The position numbers and the translations under genes were made by a program. From the NCBI RefSeq assembly GCF_006345805.1, contig NC_043006.1:85436001-85500000 (forward strand): a stretch of 64,000 nt of DNA, in the 5' to 3' direction. Positions within the stretch are counted from its first letter, which is position 1. Each line of letters opens with the position of its first letter. The notes below the pieces were generated by a model. That model worked only from the letters and a program-made list of their open reading frames with translations, was not told the origin of the DNA and did not search any database. Positions 24,810-36,729 of this stretch are shown here, in pieces. The DNA comes from Octopus sinensis (lineage: Eukaryota).

Positions 24810-25270
24810 CTTTATTGCTTGGTCATCAAATCTAAGTAGAGATTTCAAACTTAAAATCTTCAAAGCCACAGTCGAACCAATTCTACTATATGGCTCAGAA
24901 ACCTGGATGTTATCAAAGAAGCTTGAGAGGTGATTGGATGGAACTTACACTCGCCTCCTTATGAAAGCTCAAAATTTCTCGTGGAAGCATCATCCAACCA
25001 AAGTATAAATATATGGGAAATTACCACCTGTATCATCTCTTGTGAAAGGTAGAAGAGTCCAGTTTGCTGGACATTGTTGTAGAGCTGAAAACGAGGTAAT
25101 TTCTACTCTTCTGCTCATGATACCAGAGGGCGCACACTCTCCTACCCTGATGTAATCTCCAGGGATACAGGCATCCAGCAACAGGACCTCCGTAATGCTA
25201 TGATGGACCGTGAAGTCTGGCGTAACATAGTAAATTCCATTGTCTCGACCACGGTCGAACAATGATGATT
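24810..25270 (+). mobile_element. 3' fragment of a second RTE-clade LINE family
   Basis: FKATVEPILLYGSETW...LDGTYTRLL...FAGHC...DREVWR followed by a (TGA)n tail; in-frame stops. Confidence 0.8.
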
Positions 25271-25807
25271 ATTGCTTCCTCCTTGTTCCTTTTTACCCCA
25301 TCCCTTCTGTCCATATTCACCCCTTATAATGTTGGACAGTCCTAGACCACCTGTCATACACAATGCACCCTTACACCTTTTAACAATCCCTCCTTTCTTT
25401 TCAATAACCCCTGTCACTAGTCCCTTTCCACTCTTATTCCGTCATACCTCCACCATCCTCTTCTCTTACTTACCTACCCTCACTCATCTACCTAGGACCA
25501 TCACCCACGTTTTTAGGGGTCTCTTCAAACTTTTACTTTTTCGTGTTATAAGGTGATCACCACAAGTGCTGGTGCCACAAAACAAAAAAAGTACTCAATA
25601 CACTTTGTAAAGTGGGTGGCATTAGGAAGGGCATCTAGCTGTAGAAACCATGCCAAATCCACTCACAAAGCTTTGGTTGGCCTGGGGCTATAGTAGAAGA
25701 CATTTGCCCAAGATGCCATGCAGTAGGATAGAACCCAAAACCATGTGATTGAGAAGTAAACTTTTTATCACACACCCATAGCTGAAAGAAAAAAAATTAG
25801 AACAAAC

Positions 25808-25898
25808 CTGAAGTTTGGTTTTATCTAACAAATCTGGATAAGATGCATCAGCGCCAATAGCAAGGGCCAACAACCGATGGACTAATATATCAGGGTAT
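25808..25898 (-). CDS. DIS3: DIS3 exon 19
   Basis: YPDILVHRLLALAIGADASYPDLLDKTKLQ-gtttg; 91 nt. Confidence 0.93.
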
Positions 25899-27696
25899 CT
25901 GTAACAGGTGAAAGATAAAAGGGCACTCAATAGATTACAGAAATAAAACTGCAGATATTAACGAAAATTCATTCATCAACTTTAGCTTCTCTGGAGTAAA
26001 ACAGAAATATCATGTTCTCCCCAAGGATAAATAGGAGTAAAAATTAATGGCTTCTCAGATGTCAAATAAAAGCATTTAATAAATTCTTAGAATAATGAAC
26101 AGATAATAGCTTTATCGATAATTATTTTTCATCTTTCACTTGCTTCAGTCACTGGACTGTGACCATGTTGGAACACCGACTTTAAGGGCTTAGTTGAACA
26201 AATTGACTCCAATACTTATTATTTAAGCTTGGTACTAATTCTATCAGTCTTGTTTGTTGAACTGCTGAGTTACAGGGCTGTAAATAAACTAACACTGGTT
26301 GTCAAGTGTTGGGGAACAATCACAAATATACACATATAAATATGATGGGCTTTCACACATTTCTGTCTACCAAATTCATGCACAAGGCATTGGTCAGCCT
26401 GAGGCTGTAGTGGAGGAGACTTGCTCAAGGTGCCATGCAGTGGGACTGAACCTGAAGTCTTATGGCTGTAAAGCAGGCATCTAAACTACACAGCCATGCC
26501 TGTTAGCTTTATTGATACCAAACTACCAGAGTCTGCTGCAGGTTCTATGGCACAAAATGATTTAAATTAAAATCTTCCATTAAAATTGCAAGTTAATGAA
26601 TCTTCCGAACACCAACTTAATAATTAAAAAGTTATTTTACTAAATTCTTCATTATTTTTTAAATTAAGTGAAACTAAGGCAGAGCAGTCGAATAGAAATA
26701 TTCTTTTATTCTTTTACTTGTTTCAGTTATTTTGACTGTGGCCATTCTGAAGCACCATCTTAAAGGGTTTTTGGTGAAAGAAATAAACCCAGGACTTATT
26801 TTTTGTAAGCCTAGTACTTATTCTGTTGGTCTCTTTTGCTGAACTGCTAAGTTACAGAGACATAAACACATCAGCATTGGTTGTCAAGTGATGGCAGGGA
26901 GAAAAACACAGATGCACACACACACACACAAATATATACATATATATATATATACATGATGGGCTTCTTTCAGTTTCCGTCTGCCAAATCCTCTCACAAG
27001 GCTTTGGTTGGCCTTAAGCTATAGAAGAAAACACTTGCCCAAGGTGCCACACAGTGGGACTGAATCTGGAACCATGAGTTTGGGAAGCAAACTTCTTACC
27101 ACACAGCCATGCCTGTGCTTATGGAAAGAAAAGGGTTAAAAGATGAGAAAATATAATTTGAATTCTAAAGCTGATTTTTAATAGCTTTCCTATTATTTCA
27201 AGTAAAAGGATTTTTTTCTTGTTAATGTTTTTCAAAGATATTATAAGCCAATTAATATAATCAAGAAGAAGGAAATGAATAAGCTTGAATAAAACCATTT
27301 TGCTTCAAATAGCGGTGTTGCAAAAAATATCATTGAAGTAAATGCCACCATGAATCAGGGCTTGCAAATTGGCCATGCCCTTCACTTTATCACTGTAACT
27401 TCAACTGTTCGACTCACTAGTAATAGCAGCCGAGCTCCTTCAAATCAAATTTTACCATCTTAAAAAAAAACACAAACAAAACATATGAAACAATATACAA
27501 ACAGTAAAGATGGTTACTACTAGAATGTCTTTGATCATAATTCTGCAAGTTACCAAGTATGGTTTGTGCAAGAGAGAAGCCGTTATCATAAGCAAAATTG
27601 GAAAGATCTGCAAATTGAGCATTATTACAATGGTGGTATAAGACATGAGAGGTGTAGAGTGACTGGTTCGATACCATGGAAGAACAAGTTATCTAC

Positions 27697-27917
27697 CTTC
27701 TGATGGGTGAAGTAAAATGAGTATAGATGGCTGTTGCCAAACCATAATGAACAAATTCCGATTCTGATTGTGTCCCACTGCAGAAATACACGGCCTGCAT
27801 CATACAGCGAGTTGTCATCATACGCAACATTATATTAGAATTGTTATCTTCACCCATATCTGCATTGTCCAAAGAATCGGCTAATGCCTTGCTCGTGGTA
27901 CAGTCCATTTCAATTCC
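27697..27917 (-). CDS. DIS3: DIS3 exon 18
   Basis: GIEMDCTTSKALADSLD...TTRCMMQAVYFCSG...HYGLATAIYTHFTSPIR(R)-gtag; 221 nt. Confidence 0.95.
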
Positions 27918-29146
27918 CTATAAAGAAGTGAAAGAGAGAATGACTAAAAAACAAGAAAAAATGCTGGCAGTAAGAATTGTACCAAAGAATTAAAATGATG
28001 GAAAAAACGTCACATTCAAGCTGTATTAAAGTTCTCCTTCTCCATTGATATAATCAACATCAACATCATTTTTATGTCTGGTTTTTCAGGCTAGCAAAGG
28101 CTGCACAGCTCATCGTTTACATCAAAAAAATGTCGAAAGGTCAGACAATTTGTTTGAGTAGGTTTTCTACAGCTGGATGCCTTTCCTGCTGCCAACTCTC
28201 CTGTTACCAAGCAAAGTTAATATTTCCTAATGGCTGGACATGTTTTCACAGAAGACTGGAAACGAGGGACACTGCTTGTATAACAGTGACATTTGTTTAT
28301 AACTATTACGCAATGATAAAACAAAGAGAAACAAACACTCACACAAACATGCATAAACACACACACACACACAGTTTCCATCTACCGAATCTACTAATAA
28401 AGCCTTTTTAAGGCTCAAGGCTATGGAAGAACACGTTTGCCCAAGGTGCCACGCAGAAGGAATGAACTTGAAACCACACAGTCCTATTTCAGTAATTCAG
28501 TAATATATTTTACTACATGGCAGTCCTTCATGAGATCCTGCATCCTAAGGTTAGACTTCACATCCTCCTCTTCCAAAAGCACCTTCCATATGCAGCTTTT
28601 GACACTTTTCACTCATTATCGTCATTCATGTTTGTCACCATAACCCATTGCTTGTGTAATCATCATCATCACCACCCAAGACAATATGTTTTAAGGAAGG
28701 GAAATGAGAAGCCATTTCATCCTAGCTTTTCCTGAATATATAAAAAAAAAAACACAAGTAAATGAGAAGAGATGCAACCAGAATCAAACTTAGGCCCCAA
28801 ATTCAGCTCATCAGGAACTTTCATCTATGTTACAGCCTTGATGATGATGAAGATGATGAAGACAATGAACTGCTCTCACAGCTGGATGCTTTTCCTGCTA
28901 CTACCATTTAACAATCATTTAAGTATTTTGCTGCATCCCTTTATGTTGTCAATTTAAATCCAGCAGAAGATAACTTCACATTCTCTCCTCCCAGTCAATA
29001 AAATAAGTACTAGTTATGTACTAGAATAGATTAAATCAACTGATACCGTCTCCAAAAACATGAGGCATTGTGCCTATGACAGAAAGTATTATTTTTCTTT
29101 TAACTTAGATTAGGTAATTGTGAACTATGAGCAGAGCAAGACTTAC

Positions 29147-29303
29147 CCTGGAGGCTGCTGCCATTATCAAAGGTTTGAAGTTGGAGAGGGGTGGCGCAGG
29201 ATGTCTACGTAGAACAGCAAATTCTGCAAAAGTTTCGTAGATCTTTTTAGCAGCAGCAATATTGCCCAGCAACATGAATTCTTCAACCATAGAGTTAGTG
29301 TCT
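29147..29303 (-). CDS. DIS3: DIS3 exon 17
   Basis: [38 protein letters not shown]...ASR-gtaag; 157 nt. Confidence 0.95.
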
Positions 29304-29506
29304 CTGCGAATAAAGTGATGAAAATTCAAATATACAGCAAACAGAATGCACATGCACATGCCAGCATGGAAGGTGGACATTAAACAATGATAATGATGAT
29401 GATGATGATGATATATATATCTTTTATCTTTCACTTGTTTCAGCAATTAGACTGCAGACATGTTGGGGCACTGCCTTAAAGAATTTTTAGTTGAATGAAT
29501 TGACCC

Positions 29507-29547
<41 letters not shown>

Positions 29548-29550
<3 letters not shown>

Positions 29551-32500
29551 TATGATAAAAGGCAGATTTTCTCTGCCTGTTCCCATGTTTCTTTTTAATA
29601 CAATTCTACAATATAGAATTTCTTCAATTGGAATTTACCTATGATTTTTCCCAGTAGATACGATTGGGTCATGGCATATAAAGATTTTCAATTTGACCCC
29701 CAATTAAGCAAAAATTCGAGAAAACTCAATATTTTACGATTTGCCTATCTCATTTCAAGTGGTTTACTCCTGCTATTACCACCACACTTTCTCCTACTTT
29801 CTCTATACAAGTGTCAAACTATTAAAGTGAAAGTATTATATAACAGGGATGAGCCATTAATAGTGGTCATCCATTTTGCTAGAGGAAGATCCGCTATGGT
29901 CTTATATGATACACCACTGGTTTTCAATTCATATTAATCAAATTAATATTCAATTTTTCACCCTTATTATGTGTGTGTGTGTGTGTGTATTAGCAATTCG
30001 TATAAAACTGCATCAATGACTTGAACTTGAATAAGTGGTTTCACATAAATGGGGATAAATTAAAAAGGTTTGTTGTTATTATTATTATTGTTTGACTATT
30101 GTAATCACGTTTGTTGGTTCCTCGTCAGGGAAACGTTGTTGTCTTGCATTTGTTAAATAATTGTAAACTGTAACCCTCCCCATTTTGGAGAAAGTTATTG
30201 TTTAAAAATTGAATTGTGTCCCTGTTTGGGGAAATTGACAATATTTTCACCATCTTTACGGAAGCATTTTTGTTAAAATGCCTTCGATAGAAGAAAGTCC
30301 AAAAATGAATTTCGCTGCAGCCGTACACTTCTATACAAGAGGGAGGACAAGATCCAATTGATCGAAATTGCAAGAGACGGGCCTACAATTCCAGTCTGTT
30401 ATATATTTTGAGTATTGTTATCACTAGCGATATCAAGATATAACTTTGTATTTTGTATTTTATGTGTAGCTGTATATATATATATAGATGTACATGTAAT
30501 ATGTACACATATATACATGCATAATATATCTACCCATACACACATACATAGGGGCAGGTGTGGCTGTGTGGTAACAAACTACGTTCCAAACACATGGTCC
30601 AGGGTTCAGTCCCACTGTGTGGTGACTTGGCATGTGTCTTCTGCTGTAGTTTCAAACCAACAAAAGCCTTCTCAGTGGATTTTGTACATATATATATATA
30701 TACATGCATATGTACATATTTGGCATAAACACTCTACCACTACAACTAATAACTGTTGGGAACACTTTCAAACCTGCCTTACATTTGAACCGGAATCTCA
30801 AAAACATTGTCCCCATCAGCGCCAAGCTCAACTGCTCTATCCTGACATGGAGGGTATCAGCAATGAAGTCTATAACAAAACACTCATTGACGTTGAAGAC
30901 AGGATTGCTAAACTGGGTGGAAATGAATTGTCGACGTATGGCCTGCCACAAGCATTCAGGTCAGGGTCAAATAGCCTTCCCACTGCTGTCATTCGTGAAA
31001 CAACCTACGACACTCAAGCACTTTCAAAGTACATTGTTCAAAATGAGCCTAAATTACTTCTGGACCAGCTGCAGGCCTACAGAACTATTCTTAACAGTGT
31101 ACGCCAACGCGAGGGAAGAATCTTCTTCCTCGATGCTCCTGGAGGGACAGGAAAAACATTTATTACAAAGCTTCTCCTTGCAGAAGTTAGGTAGCATCAG
31201 GACATTGCAGTAGCTGTAGCCTCCTCTGGCATTGCAGCTACTTTGTTACCCGGTGGCAGGACAGCACACTCAACTTTTAAACTCCCTCTCAATTTAGCAG
31301 CATCCGAAATGCCTTCATGCAACATCAACAAAAGCTCAGATCAGGGACAAGTACTTAAAATGTGTCATGTAATTGTCTGGGATGAGTGCACTATGGCTCA
31401 CAAGGGAGCTTTGGAAGCATTAGATAGAGCCCTGAAAGACATCCGAGACTGTCAGGCTCCAATGGGAGGTGTAACGCTTCTGTTGTCAGGTGATTTCAGG
31501 CAAACTCTTCCTGTCATTCCAAAAGGCACTAGATCTGATGAAGTTCAAGCATGCCTAAAGTCCTCTACCCTGTGGCATCAATCTTTAGTCTCACCACTAA
31601 CATGAGAGCTTAGCTACACGGCGACAAAATGTCCACAAAGTTTGCACAGAACATTTTGACACCTGGTGAAGGCAAGATGCCTCTCGATACTGCAGGACAA
31701 ATGGAAGTGTGGTCATTTTCCTCTGTTGTTAATTCTGTAGTTGACCTCAAAAACAAAGTCTTTCCCAACTTGACACAAAACTACCAAAATCACAATTGGC
31801 TGTGTGAAAGAGCAATATTAGCTCCAAAAAACGTCGCTGTTAACAAAATTAATCAACAGCTAATGCATTCTCTTCCCGGCACTATACACACTTACAAGTC
31901 TGTTGATACAATTCTGGATATAAATGAAGTTGTGAACTATCCTCCTGAATTTCTCAATTCACTGGAGCCCTCCTCGACTACCTCCACACGTATTACCACT
32001 TAAAGTTGGAACTCCTGTAATGCTATTCCGCAATCTGGAACCACCAAGACTTTGCAATGGAACACGACTGGTGATAAAGAAAATGATGTCACACGTTATT
32101 GAGGCGATCATTCTTTCTGGATGTGGAAAAGGTGATGACGTCTTTATTCCAAGATTTCCTCTTACTCCATCAGGAGCAGAAATTCCATTTACATTCAGAA
32201 GACTGCAATTCCCCCTTCGTGTCAGCTTTGTCATGTCCATTAACAAATCTCAGGGTCAAACCCTCTCTGTAGCTGGTCTTCTCTTGGAAGAGCCCTGCTT
32301 CTCGCATAGGCAACTGTATGTTGGTTGCTCAAGAGTAGGAACCAAAAGAAACCTTTTTGTATATGCTCCACAAGGAAAAACAAGGAACATTGTTTACAAC
32401 GAGATGTTATAATCTCAACAGCCAGGAGGTATATACATGATCCCCTTTTTTTTAACAAACTTCATGTACTTTCATGTATTTATATTAATATACATATATT

Positions 32501-32591
32501 TGTGTGTGTGTGTGTATCCATATATATATATAACAGAAAAGTCTAATTCTTCTATTGAATGTAACTGAGCAACGCCGGGTATCTCTCCTAG
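29548..32591 (+). mobile_element. Internally deleted Helitron in DIS3 intron 16
   Basis: 5' TC after host A in a (TA)n tract; 3' degenerate hairpin gagcaacgccgggt and CTAG (32588-32591) followed by host T; internal PIF1 helicase sequence. Confidence 0.8.
30780..32412 (+). pseudogene. Helitron PIF1-family helicase pseudogene
   Basis: FLDAPGGTGKT (Walker A), GGRTAHSTFKLP, IVWDE (Walker B), GDFRQTLPV, LCNGTR, QFPLR, INKSQGQT. Premature TAG at 31192-31194 and frameshifts; no HUH Rep motifs seen. Confidence 0.92.
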
Positions 32592-32619
32592 TATATATAT
32601 ACACACACACCAATAGCAT

Positions 32620-32920
32620 CACGATCATTTTATTTCTTTCTGCTCTTCTAGGGTCTTCTGCATTCAATGCCCATGTCTCACTACCATGCAGCATTGCAGT
32701 TCTGATACAAACATCATGCAGTCTTCCCTTCCCTTTCTGGGAAAAGATCTTTGTTGCTAGCAGTGGTAGTATCTCCCTGAACTTTCTCCAATCAATTCTC
32801 ACTCTAGCTACTATACTTTCAGAGCAACCATCTCCCTTGCTAATTACATCTGCTAGATAACAAAAGCTATCAACAACTCGTAGGAAGCCATCTGAACATT
32901 TAAGAGATGCAATTTGCAGT
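32620..32920 (-). mobile_element. Old RTE LINE fragment
   Basis: WRKFREILPLL...RLHDVCIRTAMLHGSETWA. Confidence 0.8.
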
Positions 32921-32959
32921 TATATATATATACATACATACATACACATACATATACAT

Positions 32960-32990
<31 letters not shown>

Positions 32991-33009
32991 CATATATACA
33001 CACACACAT

Positions 33010-33187
33010 ACCTCTGCTGGTGACAAAAGACCTCTCGCTCAGAGTAAAAGGCAGACTGTATGACGCATGTGTACGAACAGCCATGCTACATGGCAGTGAA
33101 ACATGGGCTGTGACTGCTGAGGACATGCGTAAGCTTGCAAGGGATGAAGCCAGTATACTCTGCAGGATGTGTAATGTCAGTGTGCAT
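33010..33187 (+). mobile_element. Young RTE LINE fragment
   Basis: LSLRVKGRLYDACVRTAMLHGSETWAVTAEDMRKL, near-identical to the 41180-42604 ORF. Confidence 0.9.
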
Positions 33188-33375
33188 ATATATATATGTG
33201 TGTTATTCTATTTACTAATTTTTGCATTGTTTTTGTGGTCTTATACTCCCCACTTTAGGAAGAATCAAAACTTACCATGGACATTGTCCTGTCTTCTTCT
33301 CACCCAAACGCATAAGGAAAGAAACACACAGATGGAACTTATTAAACATATTAATGTGAAAGAAATCAACCTCAC

Positions 33376-33462
33376 CTGACTTCTTTAGCTTGAACATCAA
33401 TTGGCTCATGAGTTACACTGTCAATGCGGAACCGGATCTCACTTGATGCTAACACGAGGGCA
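33376..33462 (-). CDS. DIS3: DIS3 exon 16
   Basis: ALVLASSEIRFRIDSVTHEPIDVQAKEV(R)-gtgag; 87 nt. Confidence 0.94.
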
Positions 33463-34014
33463 CTGAAAAAAGTACATTTATATTAAAATTAAGGTTGGGT
33501 GTCATCTCCTGGGGAAACAGTATGTCAATTTTGGCAGTAACAGCACTTCCACTGCTGCTATTAACAAGTACTGTAAACATTGTAACCACAATCACTGCTA
33601 TCACCAATAGTGCTACTACTACTACTAATGACATTGCTACTGATTCTATCATCAGTTTTTCAAAAGCATTAGCAACAACTTCATGGCTAATGCAATCTCC
33701 CCCTACTGTTCAATGACATCAACACTATTGTTGTACCAACATTATATTGACAGCTAACAAGAGAAAAGGACTGAAAGAAAATGGAGACAAAGAGATTGAT
33801 AAAGGCAGGGACAAAGATAAAGAGAACACAACTTAGATGTAAGAATCAAGTAACAGAGATTATTATGGAAAGAAAGAAGATATATGAACACGACACAAGT
33901 TTGCAACAAAAGGGATACACAAATTCTTTTGATCTTATTTCGATAGCAGACATATCTGCAGCAGTTTGCATGCACTGCTCTTTTTTAATAACACACACAC
34001 ACATATATAATATA

Positions 34015-34220
34015 TATAGGGAGAGTTTATGAAAAAACAAAAGATGAAGACAGGTGGTGTACAAAACAAACAGATTTATTAGCATAACGCTCAGGAATAG
34101 AAAACGTCTTTTACGTTTCGAGCCTACGCTCTTCTACAGAAAGGGACACAGAAAAAAACAAGGTGAGAAACAAAGAGAGAAAAAAAATGTGTGTAGTGGC
34201 TAACGATCTATCATGGCGAC
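34015..34220 (-). repeat. Interspersed repeat carrying a hammerhead-like motif (probable Penelope pLTR derivative); degenerate copy at about 13275-13400 (+)
   Basis: Minus strand gtccctttCTGTAGAAGAGCGTAGGCTCGAAACGTAAAAGAC; second copy gtccctttCTGTGGAAGATTGAAGGTTCGAAATGTCAAAGAC. Confidence 0.55.
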
Positions 34221-34439
34221 ACAGATATATATATATATATGTAATAATAAGATCCAAGTGTCGGAAGTTAGTAAGCTTCAAGCAGTCTGTAGAAGGTATA
34301 AAAAACAACTTTCAGAAACAATAATGGTTTATTGATGTAGGATGTTGTAAATTTTTCCCATATCAAAGTTTGATAAGCTGAAAAAAGTTATTTTATACTT
34401 CATGGTTAGCAACTGGGGTTGCTATGTATGTGAATAAAA

Positions 34440-34588
34440 ATCCAAATTTATGGAATGGAGAAGATAAAATCCAGGCTACATATGTTTCCTAGCTAGCAGA
34501 ACATCGGATGGTTACTACTTCTGAGGTTCTGCTAACTAGGAAACATATGTAGCCTGGATTTTACAAACTCCATTCCCTAAATTTGGAT
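34440..34588. repeat. Long inverted repeat / palindromic MITE-like element
   Basis: 38-bp inner arms 34465-34502 and 34526-34563 with one mismatch, extended by atccaaattta.ggaatggag outer arms. Confidence 0.8.
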
Positions 34589-34985
34589 ATATTTTATCTT
34601 GAAAATCTATTCAAAGCTGCAGATATGGCTGTGTGGTCAAGAAGTTTGTTTTATAACCACCTGATTCATGGACAGATGTGTTTTTGGAAGACTGGACATC
34701 AAGGACTTTGCTTGTATGACAGTAAGGTTTGGTTATAACTACAGTATGATGCCAAGACAAGGACACACAAGCATATACACACAATAGGCTTCTTTCAGTT
34801 TTTGTCTACCAAATCCACTCACAAGGCCTTGGATGGGCAGGGGCTATAGTAGAAGACTGGCCCAAAGTGTCATGCAGTGGGACTGAACCCAAAACATGTG
34901 ACTGGGAAGCAAACTTCTTAACCACACAGCTATGCTTGACAATAAAAATGACATAAAAGAAAGAATGAAAAGTAAGTAAACAGAC

Positions 34986-35110
34986 CCTTTTTCAATCCTC
35001 TTCTTCTTTAGAATCTTTGCCAGATTGTTCAGTCGACGTAGACCTTCAGTCAGTTCATCTGTAGAATCACTGTCAATTCTTGATTGAGCCTCTTGGTAGG
35101 TGAGTGAAGC
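34986..35110 (-). CDS. DIS3: DIS3 exon 15
   Basis: ASLTYQEAQSRID...GLRRLNNLAKILKKKRIEK(G)-gtctgt; 125 nt. Confidence 0.93.
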
Positions 35111-36644
35111 CTGTAAGGAGTTCAGATATCCATCTTAATTTGCACATTCTTTTATTATCTTCATTAAACATTTTTAAACCAATCCAACTGAAACTTCTCC
35201 AAGTTATATGATACTAATACACTATTTTAAAGTGATCTAAATTAAAAGTTGCCATGTGATCGTTACCAGCGTTGGCTTACTGGCACTCGAGCCCCATGCT
35301 AGTAGGGTATTAAGAGCACCATCCGAGCATGATCGTTGCCAGAGTGGCTATCTGGCACCTGTGCCGGTGGCATGTGTAAAAAGATTCGAGTGAGGTCATT
35401 GCCAGTACTGCCTGACTGGCCCCTGTGCCAGTGGCATGTAAAAAGCACCCACTACACTCTCGGAGTGGTTGGCGTTAGGAAGGGCATCAAGCTGTAGAAA
35501 CCTTGCCAGATCAAGATTGGCACCTGGTGCAGCCATCTGGTTCACCAGCCCTCAGTCAAATTCGTCCAACCCATGCTAGCATGGAAAGTGGACGTTAAAC
35601 AATGATGATGATAATGATCAGATTTTCATGTTAATTTAAGTACCATACATCAGTTTAATAACACCAAAGTTAGCTTAATAAGTTCTTCATGATTTTCAAA
35701 TTTAATTGAAACACAGGCAGTGTATTTCAATAGAAATCCTCATTTAGCGTCTACTTTCCATGCTGGAGAGCTGCACCAGGTTCCAATCTGATTTGGCATG
35801 GTTTCTATGGCGGGATACCTTTCCTAATACCAACCACTCCAAGAGTGTAATGGGTGCTTTTTACAAGCCAGTTACATGACACCAGCATTGGTGACAACTA
35901 CAATTTCACTTGGCTCGACGAATCTTCTCAAGTATGGCATATCACCAGAGGTCTCAGTCACTTATCACCTCCATGAGGTCCAACGTTCGAAAGGTGCTTT
36001 TTGTGTGTCACTGACACAAGTGCCTGTTATGTGACACTGGCTTTGGCCACAACTACGATTATGGTAACAATAATGAGAAAGCGATTTAAATTAAAACCTT
36101 CCATTGAAATTTTATGTTAATTTATGTACCACTGACCAGCTTAATAGTGACAAAAAAATTTTATTAAATTTGTTATTATTTTCAAAGGCAATGTAATAAA
36201 AGGGTTAACAGCAGCAAAGCTACTGATAAATTCAAAGCTTACATGAATTTTTGGAACTAAAGACGAAGTTAGGTATAAATTTTTAAAACTTGGGACAAAT
36301 TTTAAGGCTTCCTTCTTGAAGCCTTTTGGTTGTAGATGGAAGCCATCTTAAAACTGATGTCTGATCTGACACTACAATGCACAATGTAGTGTTACATACA
36401 CAATACCCAGAAAAAAAAACAACAAAAAAATAAGGTTGTGTTGGTCATTGTTAGAATACTTTTGATCATAGAGCCAACTCAGTCAGAAATGACTGGTGGT
36501 TAAAAAACCACAGCCAAGATCATAAGCGGTAACAAAATATCCAGTTATATAGACATTAGTTTCAACAGAATGTACTGCCCCCCTTATAAAAAAACAATAT
36601 CATATCCCAAGAGATTTTTTTATTTCTATTTAATTACTTCTTAC

Positions 36645-36729
36645 CTTTGAGCGGATAACGGATTTATGAAATTTAGTGCTTATAATCTCGGCATTTGTAT
36701 TCATCTCCCAGATGACCGAAAAGGCAAAG
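36645..36729 (-). CDS. DIS3: DIS3 exon 14
   Basis: FAFSVIWEMNTNAEIISTKFHKSVIRSK-gtaag; 85 nt. Confidence 0.95.

Noticed and set aside
30415-32412. Host PIF1 helicase gene nested in DIS3
   Set aside because: Intronless, with a stop and frameshifts, and bounded by Helitron termini.
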